From NCBI GenBank assembly GCA_963745835.1, contig CAVUZH010000003.1, positions 192,001-256,000 of the forward strand: 64,000 bases of DNA, written 5' to 3'. The notes beneath the pieces were generated by a model that was not told the DNA's origin, searched no databases, and worked only from the letters and a program-made list of their open reading frames with translations. Below, one piece after another: positions 1 to 10,399 of the stretch (position 1 is its first letter; each line of letters opens with the position of its first letter). This DNA is from an uncultured delta proteobacterium. Its GTDB lineage: Bacteria; Desulfobacterota; Binatia; UBA9968. Position numbers and translations under genes: made by a program.

Positions 1-901
1 GGAAGGTTTGAGTTTAGTGCCGGTTACAGTCGGACTCTTTGCCATCCCTGAAGTTGTCGATCTATGGATTAAAGGAACCAGTATTGCGGAAAAGAAAATA
101 GGCAAGATCGGCGGTGTGATGCAGGGCGTCAAAGATACATTTGTCTATTTGGGTATCACGGTGCGTTGCAGTCTCATTGGCACAATCATAGGAATCATAC
201 CTGGTTTAGGAACGGGCGTCTCCCAATGGGTGGCTTACGGGCACGCAGTACAAAGCGCGGCGGACAAGAGTAGATTTGGCAACGGAGATGTCCGTGGCGT
301 GCTCGGACCGGGTGCGGCGAACAACTCGGGGATCGGCGGTTCGCTCATTCCAACGCTGGGTTTTGGCATACCTGGAAGCGTCTCCACGGCTATTTTGCTC
401 GGGGCGTTCTTGATCCAAGGAATCGTTCCGGGTCCGAGCATGTTGACTGAAAATTTGGGCCTTACTTTTTCATTCGTTTGGATGATTGTCATCTCCAACG
501 TCATTACGGTTGTGTTGAGTTTCATGTTTCTGAACCAGCTTGTGAAGATCACTTACGTCAAGGGCGCGCTTCTCTTGCCGGCTATCCTGCTACTGGTTTT
601 CCTTGGATCCTACGCCGACTCCAATTCGATGCTCGACATGTTTATGACGATTGTCTTCGGGCTACTCGGATTGACGATGGTCTATCTGGGGTGGCCGCGA
701 CCGCCGTTAATTTTGGGTCTGGTTTTGGGCACGCTCATCGAACGAAACTTTCTAATATCGTATGAACTTCATGGCTTGGGTTTGTTTCTCAAACCCATTG
801 TCGTGGGCACGTTCATTCTCGGCTTTGGCAGTTTGATGTTGTCTTCTTATCGCCGCCGGACGGGGAAATCGGAGAGTGGGCGTGTTTCACAGAGCGCTTG
901 A
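1..901 (+). CDS. tctA: Tripartite tricarboxylate transporter large permease TctA (5'-truncated by window edge)
   Basis: Frame open from position 2; motifs GLFAIPEV, GIIPGLG, AANNS, IPTLGFGIPGS, GIVPGP, PPLILGLVLG; multi-TM. Confidence 0.9.
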   Translation, partial: EGLSLVPVTVGLFAIPEVVDLWIKGTSIAEKKIGKIGGVMQGVKDTFVYLGITVRCSLIGTIIGIIPGLGTGVSQWVAYGHAVQSAADKSRFGNGDVRGVLGPGAANNSGIGGSLIPTLGFGIPGSVSTAILLGAFLIQGIVPGPSMLTENLGLTFSFVWMIVISNVITVVLSFMFLNQLVKITYVKGALLLPAILLLVFLGSYADSNSMLDMFMTIVFGLLGLTMVYLGWPRPPLILGLVLGTLIERNFLISYELHGLGLFLKPIVVGTFILGFGSLMLSSYRRRTGKSESGRVSQSA

Positions 902-1427
902 TCTAGTCTTTGCCTGTTTCGTTGCGCTAGTGATTCTCTGGTTCGTTTGGGAGGCTAGGGATTGGTCATTTCACTCACGGCTATTTCCTTGGTCGGTGGG
1001 TATTACTGTTCTGATTCTGGCATTGGCCCAAGTAGCTCTCTCGGTGCGCAACTTTCAGTTTGGTTCATCAAAAGACAATGTTGAGTTGAAGGTGAGAGCT
1101 CAAGATCATCAGGCGGCCGAGGTCGAGCCCTCTGAAGTATGGCGCCTGGTGACCATTGGAGGTTGGATCGCAGTGTTTTTCTTGGGAATTTGGCTGTTCG
1201 GGTTCCGCTTGGGAAGTCTGATTCTTACAATCGCTTTTTTAAAAGTCGCCGCCAAGGAAGGTTATAGAAAATGCTTGATCCTTGGGCTGGTCAATTATCT
1301 TTTTTTCGTGATCATTTTCGACTTCGCATTGGGAGTCCCTCTTCTCGAAGGCGCTATAGCCCAATGGTTAGGAATTGAATCTCTGGACGGTTTTGTTCTA
1401 AAAGAGTTGCGCAACCTATGGACATGA
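876..1427 (+). CDS. tctB: TctB-family small permease
   Basis: About 4 TM segments, SRLFP motif, overlaps tctA end; GTG at 882 after GGAG may be the true start. Confidence 0.75.
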   Translation: MGVFHRALDLVFACFVALVILWFVWEARDWSFHSRLFPWSVGITVLILALAQVALSVRNFQFGSSKDNVELKVRAQDHQAAEVEPSEVWRLVTIGGWIAVFFLGIWLFGFRLGSLILTIAFLKVAAKEGYRKCLILGLVNYLFFVIIFDFALGVPLLEGAIAQWLGIESLDGFVLKELRNLWT

Positions 1428-1557
1428 ATTTATAGCTTCCCGGGTCGGTGTTAGCCGCCCTGCGACAGGTAATTGACGTATAGGGTCTGCACCCAGGCAT
1501 CACAATGCTCTTGTTCTGAGTTCGGAAAACACGCATTAGAGAAAGGAACAATTCACA

Positions 1558-2397
1558 ATGATTATTGCAGACAATTCTGAATGGTACCGAATGATCACAC
1601 AAAATGACCATGGCGATCTCGCCGGGCAGTTTGCTGCCCATTGGGGAAATCAAAAATTTGCACGCCTAAAGCCCTATGGGTCAATGGTGCTGGCGGCTGA
1701 GGCCCATGACAACGGCTGGTGGGATTGGGACGTATTTCCATCTGTGGATGAACAAGGCGCTCCCATACCTTTTACTCGAACGCCACGAGAATTCAGATCG
1801 ACCTTCTACGGCAAAGGCATCGACAACGTGATCTCTCGAGACCTTTATGCAGGATTGATCGTCAGCATGCACGGCGTGGGTCTCACAAAAAAGCGTTATG
1901 GAACGATGCCGACAATGGTGGAGCGTCAAGACGAATACTCTCAGCAGTTCGTAAAAGACCGCGAACCTGATCACGATCAGATGCTGGCAAAGCTAAAACA
2001 GATGGAACAGTATGTCGGCGCAACGGATCAGGAACAAATATGGTTGAACTATCTGATGATGCAGGTGTTCGATCGGCTGTCACTCTTTTTCTGTTCGAAC
2101 TACGACATTACAGCTGTGCCGGAGACCGGTGCTCACACAGCTGGCAAAGGTTATTATGGCCCTTCGATCAAACCAACCCCGGTGAAATTGGGCGAGGACG
2201 AGGTCGATCTAAAGTTGCGTGTTCTCGATCGCAACAACGTGCTCGTAGAACCCTATCCGTTTGATCAGTCGCCGTTGCGAGTCAGCGTTCGGGGAAAACT
2301 AATTCCGTGTGTCGCCTACCGATGCCAGGAGGAATTCAGAGAGACCTACGCCAAAGCACAGCGGGAGCAGTTTGAGTTCACTCTTAGAGCGGCGTGA
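1558..2397 (+). CDS. DUF3891 family protein
   Basis: Signature ITQNDHGDLAGQFAAHWGN...AHDNGW, later VSMH and FDRLSLFFC, C-terminal VEPYPF. Confidence 0.8.
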   Translation: MIIADNSEWYRMITQNDHGDLAGQFAAHWGNQKFARLKPYGSMVLAAEAHDNGWWDWDVFPSVDEQGAPIPFTRTPREFRSTFYGKGIDNVISRDLYAGLIVSMHGVGLTKKRYGTMPTMVERQDEYSQQFVKDREPDHDQMLAKLKQMEQYVGATDQEQIWLNYLMMQVFDRLSLFFCSNYDITAVPETGAHTAGKGYYGPSIKPTPVKLGEDEVDLKLRVLDRNNVLVEPYPFDQSPLRVSVRGKLIPCVAYRCQEEFRETYAKAQREQFEFTLRAA

Positions 2398-2482
2398 TCA
2401 TCATGGACGTTTGCTGATCGCAGCCGCCTATCTCCAGGGGTGCGTTGCAGGCTGATAGCGACTGTCGCTAGGAAAAACAGCG

Positions 2483-4786
2483 ATGCCATATATTGGTTCA
2501 AGAACTAAACGCAAAGAAGACATCAGGCTGCTACGCGGCAGCGGCAAGTATGTTGGCGATATCCAGCGCGTTGGAATGGTTCACGCGACTATCTTGCGGA
2601 GCACTCAGGCGCATGCGCGTATCACAAAAATTGATGCAACCGCCGCCTTTAAGCTGCCCGGTGTTATAGGTGTTCTTACTGCGGCTGATATGCCGGGATT
2701 GAAAACAATTCCGATGCGTACCGGTGTCATTCCAGGCCTGGAACGCTCGCAGCAAACTCCAATCGCGACGGACAAGGTGCGCTACGTTGGCGACCCTGTT
2801 GCAGTGGTGGTTTCGGACAGCCGTTACATTGCCGAGGATGCGCTCGAGCTTATCGACGTTGAATACCAGGCCCTCGGCGTTGTCACGGACGCGCGCCAGA
2901 GCATGCAACCGGGAGCTCCCCAACTGCATGACGCGACGCCAAACAACGTCGCTGCCAACTTTCAGGTAAATGTCGGCGACGCCGACACGGCTTTCGACGG
3001 TTGTGATCTGGTATTTGAAGAAGACTTTTCTACTCAGCGCCACTCCGCAGTGCCTCTGGAAAACCGGGGTTTAGTCGCGGAGTGGGACGAGGGGCGGGGA
3101 CTTCTAACAATGTGGGGGCCGACCAAGATGACCCACACCAACTGGCGTATTCTCTCCGATCTCATCGGCCTGCCGCAGAGCTGTATCCACTTTATCGAGC
3201 CGGAAGTGGGCGGCGGCTTCGGTGCCCGGGGTGAATTCTATCCCGAAGACTTCCTGATCCCGTTCGCCGCCATACATTTCCGAAGGCCGGTCTGCTGGAT
3301 CGAGGACCGTTCGGAAAATCTAAAAACGATGAATCAGTCGCGGCAGCAGAACCATCGGGTCAAGATCGGCGTCAAAAACGATGGCACCATCATGGCCATG
3401 GATGCCGAGATTCTCTTCGATATGGGTGCTTACACCCGCACCCATGGCGGCGTTCCTGCCATTGCCGCGTCTGCGATGCTGCGCGGCCCATTTCGTATCA
3501 AAAACTTTCGCGCTAACGTTTTTTGTGTGCTGACCAACAAAACCCCGGTCGGCACTTACCGCAGTCCTGGACGCTATGAGGCGAATTTCGTGCGTGAGAG
3601 GCTTGCCGATATCATTGCCCACCGATTAAGGTTGGACCCAGCGGACGTAAGGCGGCGCAATCTAATTCGTCGTGAAGAGATGCCCTACGACTTGGGCAAG
3701 CATCCCTTTCACTACATGGTCTACGATACCGGAGATTTTATCGCCCAGTTCGATCTGGCATTAGATCGTTTCGGATACGATAAACTCCAGAAGACCTGCG
3801 CTGCCGCCAAGCAAGAAGGCCGAGCCGTGGGAGTCGGTATAGGCTGCTTCGTCGAAACCAGCGGCATTGGACCGTGGGAGTATGCTCGAGTCGAGATCGA
3901 CAATGGCGGCAAAGTCCTGCTGTACTCCGGTTGCAACTCCGTTGGTCAAGGCATTGCCACGGCGCTCAGCCAGATCGTCGCCGATGAACTGCATTGTTCA
4001 ATCGATGACGTGAGCGTGGTTCACGGCGACACCGCGAAAGTTCCGTACGGCAACGGTAGTAACGCCAGCCGCTCTACCGTCATGGCAGGCAGCGCCGCGG
4101 TCGGCGCCTCGCGCAAAGTGAAAGACAAGCTCTTTCGCTTAGCCTCTTCGAGTCTAGAAATCGACGTAGCCGACCTTATTCTCCGGGACGGTAGAGTGGT
4201 TGCAGTGGGCGCACCGGACCGTTCGCTTGGCTTTGACGACCTCGCGCGCATGGCATTGCCCGGTCCGGCGCTTAGGAATGGAATAACACCTGGTATCTCG
4301 GAAGAAGATTTCTTCGCTACTGACAAAAGACCATTTCCTTACGGCCTGCATATCACAACCGTTGAAGTCGATAAGGAAACCGGCCAGATAAAAATTCTCA
4401 ACTATTTTGTCACTGAAGACGTCGGACGAAAAATCAATCCGATGATCATCGAAGGGCAAATGGCAGGCGGTCTGGCGCAAGGTATCGGCGGAGCAATGTT
4501 GGAGGAATTTGTTTACAGCGAAGATGGTCAGCCTTTGGCAACTAGCTTTATGGATTACCTGTTGCCCACAGCAATGGAAATGCCCAAAGCACAGTTCATC
4601 TCAACAGAAGAATTTCCAAGTCCCCACAATCCGCTGGGCGTGAAAGGGGCCGGCGAAGGCGGCATCACCGCAGCTGGGGCAGCATTAGCGAACGCCGTGT
4701 CGAACGCGTTGGGTGTCGAAGTGAAAAAGTTACCGCTGAAGCCTGACTATGTTTTGGAATTAATCAAGCGAAGTCGTGTAGTATGA
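2483..4786 (+). CDS. Xanthine dehydrogenase family molybdopterin-binding subunit (CoxL/CutL-like, not form I CODH)
   Basis: 767 aa; RKEDIRLLRG, VGGGFGARG, loop TYRSPGR, INPMIIEGQMAGGLAQGIG, GVKGAGEGG. Confidence 0.9.
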   Translation: MPYIGSRTKRKEDIRLLRGSGKYVGDIQRVGMVHATILRSTQAHARITKIDATAAFKLPGVIGVLTAADMPGLKTIPMRTGVIPGLERSQQTPIATDKVRYVGDPVAVVVSDSRYIAEDALELIDVEYQALGVVTDARQSMQPGAPQLHDATPNNVAANFQVNVGDADTAFDGCDLVFEEDFSTQRHSAVPLENRGLVAEWDEGRGLLTMWGPTKMTHTNWRILSDLIGLPQSCIHFIEPEVGGGFGARGEFYPEDFLIPFAAIHFRRPVCWIEDRSENLKTMNQSRQQNHRVKIGVKNDGTIMAMDAEILFDMGAYTRTHGGVPAIAASAMLRGPFRIKNFRANVFCVLTNKTPVGTYRSPGRYEANFVRERLADIIAHRLRLDPADVRRRNLIRREEMPYDLGKHPFHYMVYDTGDFIAQFDLALDRFGYDKLQKTCAAAKQEGRAVGVGIGCFVETSGIGPWEYARVEIDNGGKVLLYSGCNSVGQGIATALSQIVADELHCSIDDVSVVHGDTAKVPYGNGSNASRSTVMAGSAAVGASRKVKDKLFRLASSSLEIDVADLILRDGRVVAVGAPDRSLGFDDLARMALPGPALRNGITPGISEEDFFATDKRPFPYGLHITTVEVDKETGQIKILNYFVTEDVGRKINPMIIEGQMAGGLAQGIGGAMLEEFVYSEDGQPLATSFMDYLLPTAMEMPKAQFISTEEFPSPHNPLGVKGAGEGGITAAGAALANAVSNALGVEVKKLPLKPDYVLELIKRSRVV

Positions 4787-5099
4787 CATCAGGTTTTAAA
4801 CATGCGGCAAATTTTTTATGACTATTATCCCTAATCCGACATTATTCGAATCCCGCGAGGCCAGCGAGCCCTACAGCCGTGGGCAATGGGATAGTGCCTT
4901 AAAGGCCGCCCCGCATTCCCCTAAAGGTGATGTTTGGTACGTCGGGGCCTTGGAGCCAACTGCGTGCTCGACTGCCCACGACTTCCAGTCTCGTCATCCT
5001 CGCTCACTCCTGACAACGCTCAACTATTGTCGGATTAGGGTTATGTCTTGGTTCATTTGCCATACATCGTTCTAGCTGCGAGGAAACCGCCCACGGCCT

Positions 5100-6080
5100 A
5101 TGCCGGAAAACGAGTTGAAATCAATGGATATAATTGATGTGCACGCCCATCTTTACCCGGAAGGCAGTTTCACCGAGGTGCTCAAGAACGATAGCGAATT
5201 CGAGCTGGTCGAAAACCCGCGGGGCCAATCGCTGGTCTACCGCGGTAGCCATGTTATGTCGATGCCCGTGGGGCAGGCTGATATAGCGTTGCGTTTGGCA
5301 TCGATGGATGAAGCGGGCATCGGTATGGCCATACTTTCGGTGGGTGCATTGAATATCGGCTGGGCACGCGCGCGCGCAGCGGCTGCGGCGCATATTGTCA
5401 ATGATGGTCTCGCTGCGGTTTGTCGCCAATATCCAGGGCGGTTCCGGTTTGTCGCAGTGTTGCCGTGCGCGAACGAAGCAGAGATGAAAAGCGAGCTCGA
5501 TCGCGCTCAAGATCTGGGCGCTGCGGGTGTCGGTATAGCAACCAACATCGGCGAGTTTCAACTGCAAGCGCCGGAGATCCGCCACTTTTGGCGTGAAATG
5601 AATCGCCGCAAGCTGATGGTGCTGGTGCATCCAACCTGTCCCTGCGACGCGCCGCAGAATGATCCGGGAACGTTTCTCTCGGTAGGCTACCCTGCCGAGA
5701 CCGCCATGGCAGCCACCAAACTGGCGCTGGCTGGTGTGTTGGCCGAGTGCCCTGACGCCAAAATAGTGTGGTCGCACTTAGGCGGTAGTTTGCCGATGAT
5801 TTTGGACCGCATTGATCGTGGCTATCAGCGGTACTCCAGTTGTCCTCATCCCCCTGGATACTACTTGCGTCGTTGTTACTTTGACACTGCATGCGCTCAC
5901 GGTCCTGCGTTTGAATGCGCGCGGGCAACCTGGGGTGGCGGCGCCCTGGTGTTCGGCACCGATGTTCCCCACGTGCCGAATACAGAAAAAGAAACGATTA
6001 GGGCTTTGGAAGCCTGTCAATGGTCGGATACCGAACTGCGAGATATCTATGGTGGCACGGTAAGGAGATTAATGATTTGA
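5100..6080 (+). CDS. Amidohydrolase_2 family metal-dependent hydrolase/decarboxylase
   Basis: IDVHAH, LVHP, SHLGG, YFDT, FGTDVPH motifs. Confidence 0.85.
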   Translation: MPENELKSMDIIDVHAHLYPEGSFTEVLKNDSEFELVENPRGQSLVYRGSHVMSMPVGQADIALRLASMDEAGIGMAILSVGALNIGWARARAAAAAHIVNDGLAAVCRQYPGRFRFVAVLPCANEAEMKSELDRAQDLGAAGVGIATNIGEFQLQAPEIRHFWREMNRRKLMVLVHPTCPCDAPQNDPGTFLSVGYPAETAMAATKLALAGVLAECPDAKIVWSHLGGSLPMILDRIDRGYQRYSSCPHPPGYYLRRCYFDTACAHGPAFECARATWGGGALVFGTDVPHVPNTEKETIRALEACQWSDTELRDIYGGTVRRLMI

Positions 6081-6209
6081 CGGATTTTTTATCTATAGTT
6101 TGGGAGTTCAGCCGCAATTCCGGTGCTCATCGGAACTCTGTAGGTTATCTTTTTACGAAGGTGGTAAGAGCTCTAACGGTGGCCTTAAACAAGGCGGGGA
6201 GAAGATAAA

Positions 6210-7052
6210 ATGATGGTATGCCCTTTTGATGAGAATCGTCTACTGCTCATTTTGCAAGTCGACCATTCCAAGGTTACCGGTTGGTTCGCCGCCCATTGGG
6301 GCAACGATAACTTTGCGCGGCCAAGCCCGTACGCGGCAATGGTGTTAGCAGCTCAGGAACATGACACTGGTTGGTGGGATTGGGAGATCAAACCGCAGCT
6401 CAACAGCGAAGGTTTACCGCCGGACTATATCGGCAGCATCAAACATCTGGGCGGGAAAGTTTGGCTCGATTTTTATCGCCACGGAATACTGCGCCTCGCC
6501 CAGCAGGATCCCTTCGCTGGTTACATCGTTTCCTTACATGCGGACGGTTTGCTGACACAAGGCCGTGGTCTATTGCCTTATATGCCGGACTACGGGATCT
6601 ATCCGGAGGTGGCAGAATTTCTCAGCGAACAGGAGAGTTATCGCGCCGAGTTGATGAAGCTACTGAAAGCCTCGGCGGAGTACTCTGACTTTGTCTCAGA
6701 TGAGCAGTTATGGACCAACTTCAAACTTATGGAAGTCTACGATCAGATGGGACAGTTTGTCTGTAACCGCTATCCCTTAAACAGCACGATTCGCAAGAAC
6801 GGTCCCAGTAATACAATGAGTAATGTTCCTACTCCGACCAAACCAGGCAGCGCAGACACGATTCTGAACTTCACCATAAAAGATGAAAGCCGGGCCACGG
6901 TCGAGCCTTACCCGTTTGACATGGATCCGCTCCTCGTCTCCTTCCAGGGCCGTCTGATACCCAAACGCTCCTATGGAACACAGGAAGAATTTCTTCAGGA
7001 ATATTATCGCGCTGAGCGGCTCGCGATTAACTACTCGCTATACTCGCGGTAA
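6210..7052 (+). CDS. DUF3891 family protein (paralog of 1558..2397)
   Basis: QVDHSKVTGWFAAHWGN...EHDTGWWDWE, VSLH, VEPYPF. Confidence 0.8.
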   Translation: MMVCPFDENRLLLILQVDHSKVTGWFAAHWGNDNFARPSPYAAMVLAAQEHDTGWWDWEIKPQLNSEGLPPDYIGSIKHLGGKVWLDFYRHGILRLAQQDPFAGYIVSLHADGLLTQGRGLLPYMPDYGIYPEVAEFLSEQESYRAELMKLLKASAEYSDFVSDEQLWTNFKLMEVYDQMGQFVCNRYPLNSTIRKNGPSNTMSNVPTPTKPGSADTILNFTIKDESRATVEPYPFDMDPLLVSFQGRLIPKRSYGTQEEFLQEYYRAERLAINYSLYSR

Positions 7053-7082
7053 CGGACGTCGCGTTCGAAGGAGGAACTCACT

Positions 7083-8129
7083 TTGTTTCGAGCATCCAAT
7101 CCGACAATGCGCACCATCTTTTTTATCGCTGTCGCTCTATGGCCTATTCATTTGCCCGGAGAAAGCTTCGGTCAACCGACACCGACCTACAAGATTAAAC
7201 TGGCTACCTCAACCGCCGGGTTGGATTTCGCGCCGATCTGGATCGCGCAGCGGAAGGGCTATTTCAAAGAAGAAGGAATTGAATTCGAACACATCTTGAC
7301 CACCGGTGGAGCGGTTACCATGGCGGCGCTGATCAACGGCGATGTGCAGTTCGCGTCAACCGCAGCATCGGATGTTCTCGTCGCCCGGTCCAAGGGCGAC
7401 CGGTTGTTAGCCCTAGGTATTTTTCCCGCGTCATTGGAGTGGCACATCGCCACCACCAACAAATTTTTGGAGTCGCGGGGATTAAGCAAGGGCAAGGTCG
7501 AAAAGATGACGGTGCAACAGAAAGTTCAGATGTTGAAGGGAACTACCATTGGCGCCGCAACCGTTGGCGGGGCACCAGCGCAAGTTGTCCGATACATTCT
7601 TCGGCAGAACAATCTAAAACCGGACTCTGACGTGCGGTTTGCTGCTGTAGGAGCTGGCACCGCGCGCGTCGGCGCTCTCCGCCAAGGTCAGGTCGAAATG
7701 ATCGTGGGTGGGATACCCGACACCGAACAGCCGGAGCTTGAAGGCTGGGGAATGACCTACATACGGATCGGGCATGAGATCGATATCTTCAAGGACTATC
7801 CGCACGAGTCGATTCATGCCACCGAAGCTTATCTCAAGAGCAATACTGACTCGACTCGAGCGCTGCTGCGCGCGGTCGTGCGTGGTAACAACCTGATCCT
7901 CGACAACCCCTCAGAATCCGACGAAATCTTGGTAAAGCACTTTCCCAAAATTAGTCCGTCAGTTCTTCGAACCGTTATGGCGCGGAGTCGCGCGACGTTC
8001 CGACGAGATATGAAGATGACCAAGTCCGGATGGGATAATATGCAAAAAGTTTTCGTTTCCGTAGGCCTGCTTAAGAGTGATCTGAATACCACGGAAGGCG
8101 AATTCTGGACGAACAAATACTTACCATAA
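7083..8129 (+). CDS. ABC transporter substrate-binding protein, NMT1/SsuA/THI5-like
   Basis: Signal peptide; APIWIAQRKGYFKEEGIE; AGGAGG precedes the TTG start; followed by permease and ATPase. Confidence 0.85.
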   Translation: MFRASNPTMRTIFFIAVALWPIHLPGESFGQPTPTYKIKLATSTAGLDFAPIWIAQRKGYFKEEGIEFEHILTTGGAVTMAALINGDVQFASTAASDVLVARSKGDRLLALGIFPASLEWHIATTNKFLESRGLSKGKVEKMTVQQKVQMLKGTTIGAATVGGAPAQVVRYILRQNNLKPDSDVRFAAVGAGTARVGALRQGQVEMIVGGIPDTEQPELEGWGMTYIRIGHEIDIFKDYPHESIHATEAYLKSNTDSTRALLRAVVRGNNLILDNPSESDEILVKHFPKISPSVLRTVMARSRATFRRDMKMTKSGWDNMQKVFVSVGLLKSDLNTTEGEFWTNKYLP

Positions 8130-8165
8130 CGAGCCCGCCACCTGCCGGGATCAATCAGCTAGACC

Positions 8166-9023
8166 ATGGACGTGGAAGACAGCACGCGAAACAATTCAAG
8201 CCGAGAAGCCGCCACTACATTTCACCCCGAATTACAAAAAAGCACCTTGATCCACAGCCCGGGCTTTCTCGTGCTACTTCCCGGTTTGATCACGGTGATC
8301 GGTTGGGAAATTCTGGCGTGGCGCTGGCCCATCGTAGCCAAACTGGTAAGTCGCCCTAGTGATGTGACGCGGGGCATCGTTCATGTTGTTTGGACGGGCG
8401 AGATCTGGCAACACCTCGAAGCGACACTCACCGAAATGGCGGTGGGTTATTTAATCGGTGCGCTCAGTGGCGTGAGCCTGGGCTTCCTATTCGGGCGTGT
8501 GAAACTTCTGGGCGAGATTTTCAACCCGTACATTTCTCTTTTCAACGGTATACCAAAAGTCGCGTTGGCTCCGGTGTTTGTGATCTGGTTTGGTATCGGC
8601 CTGATGTCAAAGATCGCGATTATCATGACCATGGTATTCTTCGTCGTATTTATAAATACTTTCGCAGGGCTTCGATCGATTAATGAGGAGTTCGTCTCGA
8701 TTACTCGCATTATGGGCGCTTCGCGCTGGCAAGTTGTACGTGAGGTTTTTTTGCCGGCGACCCTGCCATTCATTCTTGTCGGCCTACGGGCAGGCATACC
8801 CTTTTCCGTTATCGGCGCCGTTGTCGGTGAATTCATTGCCGCAACCAAAGGACTTGGGTATTTCATCAATTATCACCAGGGCACGTTTGACACCAATGGA
8901 ATCTTTGTTGGTGTCGCCATTCTAGCGGGGCTTGTAGTCGTGCTCGATGGCCTCCTTTCGATAGTAGAGCGTCGGCTGCTTAAGTGGCGGCCTGAGGTTG
9001 AAGCAAAAAATGTCAGCGCTTAA
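8166..9023 (+). CDS. ABC transporter permease (SsuC/TauC-like)
   Basis: IPKVALAPVFVIWFGIG, MGASRWQV, GAVVGEFIAATKGLG. Confidence 0.9.
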   Translation: MDVEDSTRNNSSREAATTFHPELQKSTLIHSPGFLVLLPGLITVIGWEILAWRWPIVAKLVSRPSDVTRGIVHVVWTGEIWQHLEATLTEMAVGYLIGALSGVSLGFLFGRVKLLGEIFNPYISLFNGIPKVALAPVFVIWFGIGLMSKIAIIMTMVFFVVFINTFAGLRSINEEFVSITRIMGASRWQVVREVFLPATLPFILVGLRAGIPFSVIGAVVGEFIAATKGLGYFINYHQGTFDTNGIFVGVAILAGLVVVLDGLLSIVERRLLKWRPEVEAKNVSA

Positions 9024-9088
9024 TCATCTCAAAAAGCCTCTTGTTTGCCGAAGGGACTAGTCTAGCTCCAATGCGGTAATGTATTCAG

Positions 9089-9859
9089 ATGGATCCAATT
9101 ATCGAGCTTTCCAAAGTCACAAAAACCTATCGGTCCAAAGGTAAGGCGGTACTGGCTCTCAAGGATGTAAATCTTCCGGTGGAACGGGGCTCGTTTACGA
9201 CGCTAATCGGACCCAGCGGCTGCGGCAAAAGCACACTACTTAAAATCATTGCGGGTATTGCGTTGCCCTATGAAGGACGCATGCGCTACAAGGATCGGGA
9301 AATCACTTCGATCAACACCGATATTGGCTTTGTTACTCAAGACAGCAATCTCTTCCCCTGGCTGACGCTCATCCAGAACGTCGAGCTTGCACTCAAGATT
9401 CGCGGCGTTGCACGGGATCAGAGAAAAAGAACCGCGCAAAAATATATCGACACCATGCAGCTCAGCGGTTTCGAGAGCCACTACCCCTTCGAACTGTCCG
9501 GCGGAATGCAGAAACGGGGTTCGATTATCCGAACATTAATATATGATCCGGAAATCATTTTGATGGATGAACCCTTCGGCCCGCTAGACGCGCAAACGCG
9601 GATGGTCTTGCAAGACGAATTATTGCGAATTTGGGATTCAAACAAAAAAACTATTCTTTTTGTTACCCATGATTTAACCGAGGCTATCGCGCTGTCAGAT
9701 AAAGTAGTCCTGTTTACCGGCCGTCCCGGCACGGTGAAGCGAGTGTTCGATGTGCCGTTAGCGCGGCCCCGAAACGTTTTTGAAATTCACAATGAAAAAG
9801 GGTTCAATGAGATTTACCATGAGATCTGGCAATACTTCAAAAACGAAATCACCATATAA
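9089..9859 (+). CDS. ABC transporter ATP-binding protein (SsuB/TauB-like)
   Basis: Walker A GPSGCGKST, signature LSGGMQKR, Walker B ILMDEPF, VTHD. Confidence 0.95.
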   Translation: MDPIIELSKVTKTYRSKGKAVLALKDVNLPVERGSFTTLIGPSGCGKSTLLKIIAGIALPYEGRMRYKDREITSINTDIGFVTQDSNLFPWLTLIQNVELALKIRGVARDQRKRTAQKYIDTMQLSGFESHYPFELSGGMQKRGSIIRTLIYDPEIILMDEPFGPLDAQTRMVLQDELLRIWDSNKKTILFVTHDLTEAIALSDKVVLFTGRPGTVKRVFDVPLARPRNVFEIHNEKGFNEIYHEIWQYFKNEITI

Positions 9860-9872
9860 AGGATAGAAAGCT

Positions 9873-10190
9873 ATGTGGTACATCGTACTCTCGCGTTCAA
9901 AGCCTGAAATGGAAGACGATAAGCAAAATCACTATGACGAGCATCGTCTCTGGCTCGAGGAACAGCATAAAAACGGCAGGTTGTTGTTTTCAGGCCCGAC
10001 CACCGATGGAGCCTATGGCATCTACATTATGCTCGCGGCAAGTCTTGACGAAGCTCGATCGATCGCGGCCCAAGACTCCCACCACCGTCGCGGAATCCGC
10101 ACTATGGAAGTGCTCGAATGGGATCCGCGCCGGGCATTCCGTATGAAGCATACTATTGCGGACGTTGAAAAAATGGCGCGAGGCGAGTAG
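9873..10190 (+). CDS. YciI family protein
   Basis: EHRLWL...GRLLFSGP...G..I...SLDEARSIAAQD pattern, 105 aa. Confidence 0.75.
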   Translation: MWYIVLSRSKPEMEDDKQNHYDEHRLWLEEQHKNGRLLFSGPTTDGAYGIYIMLAASLDEARSIAAQDSHHRRGIRTMEVLEWDPRRAFRMKHTIADVEKMARGE

Positions 10191-10399
10191 TCATCAAGCT
10201 CGCAGTGTATCGTTTCGTGCGTTATCAAGTTCGATTCTCGTAAATCGCTGCTATAGGTCGAGACCGTTAGCGCCGGTTATTTCAGGCCTAACTGAGTGAT
10301 GTCTTTTTTCCGTTGACAGCAGGCATGGGCGGGCGGATATTTCATGTCGTCCCCGTGGCTGGTGGATTTTTGTAGTAACGAGTAGCGAAAGGAGAATCT

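Noticed and set aside
2483-4786. Aerobic CO dehydrogenase CoxL
   Set aside because: Lacks the form I AYxCSFR loop, and there is no coxM/S.
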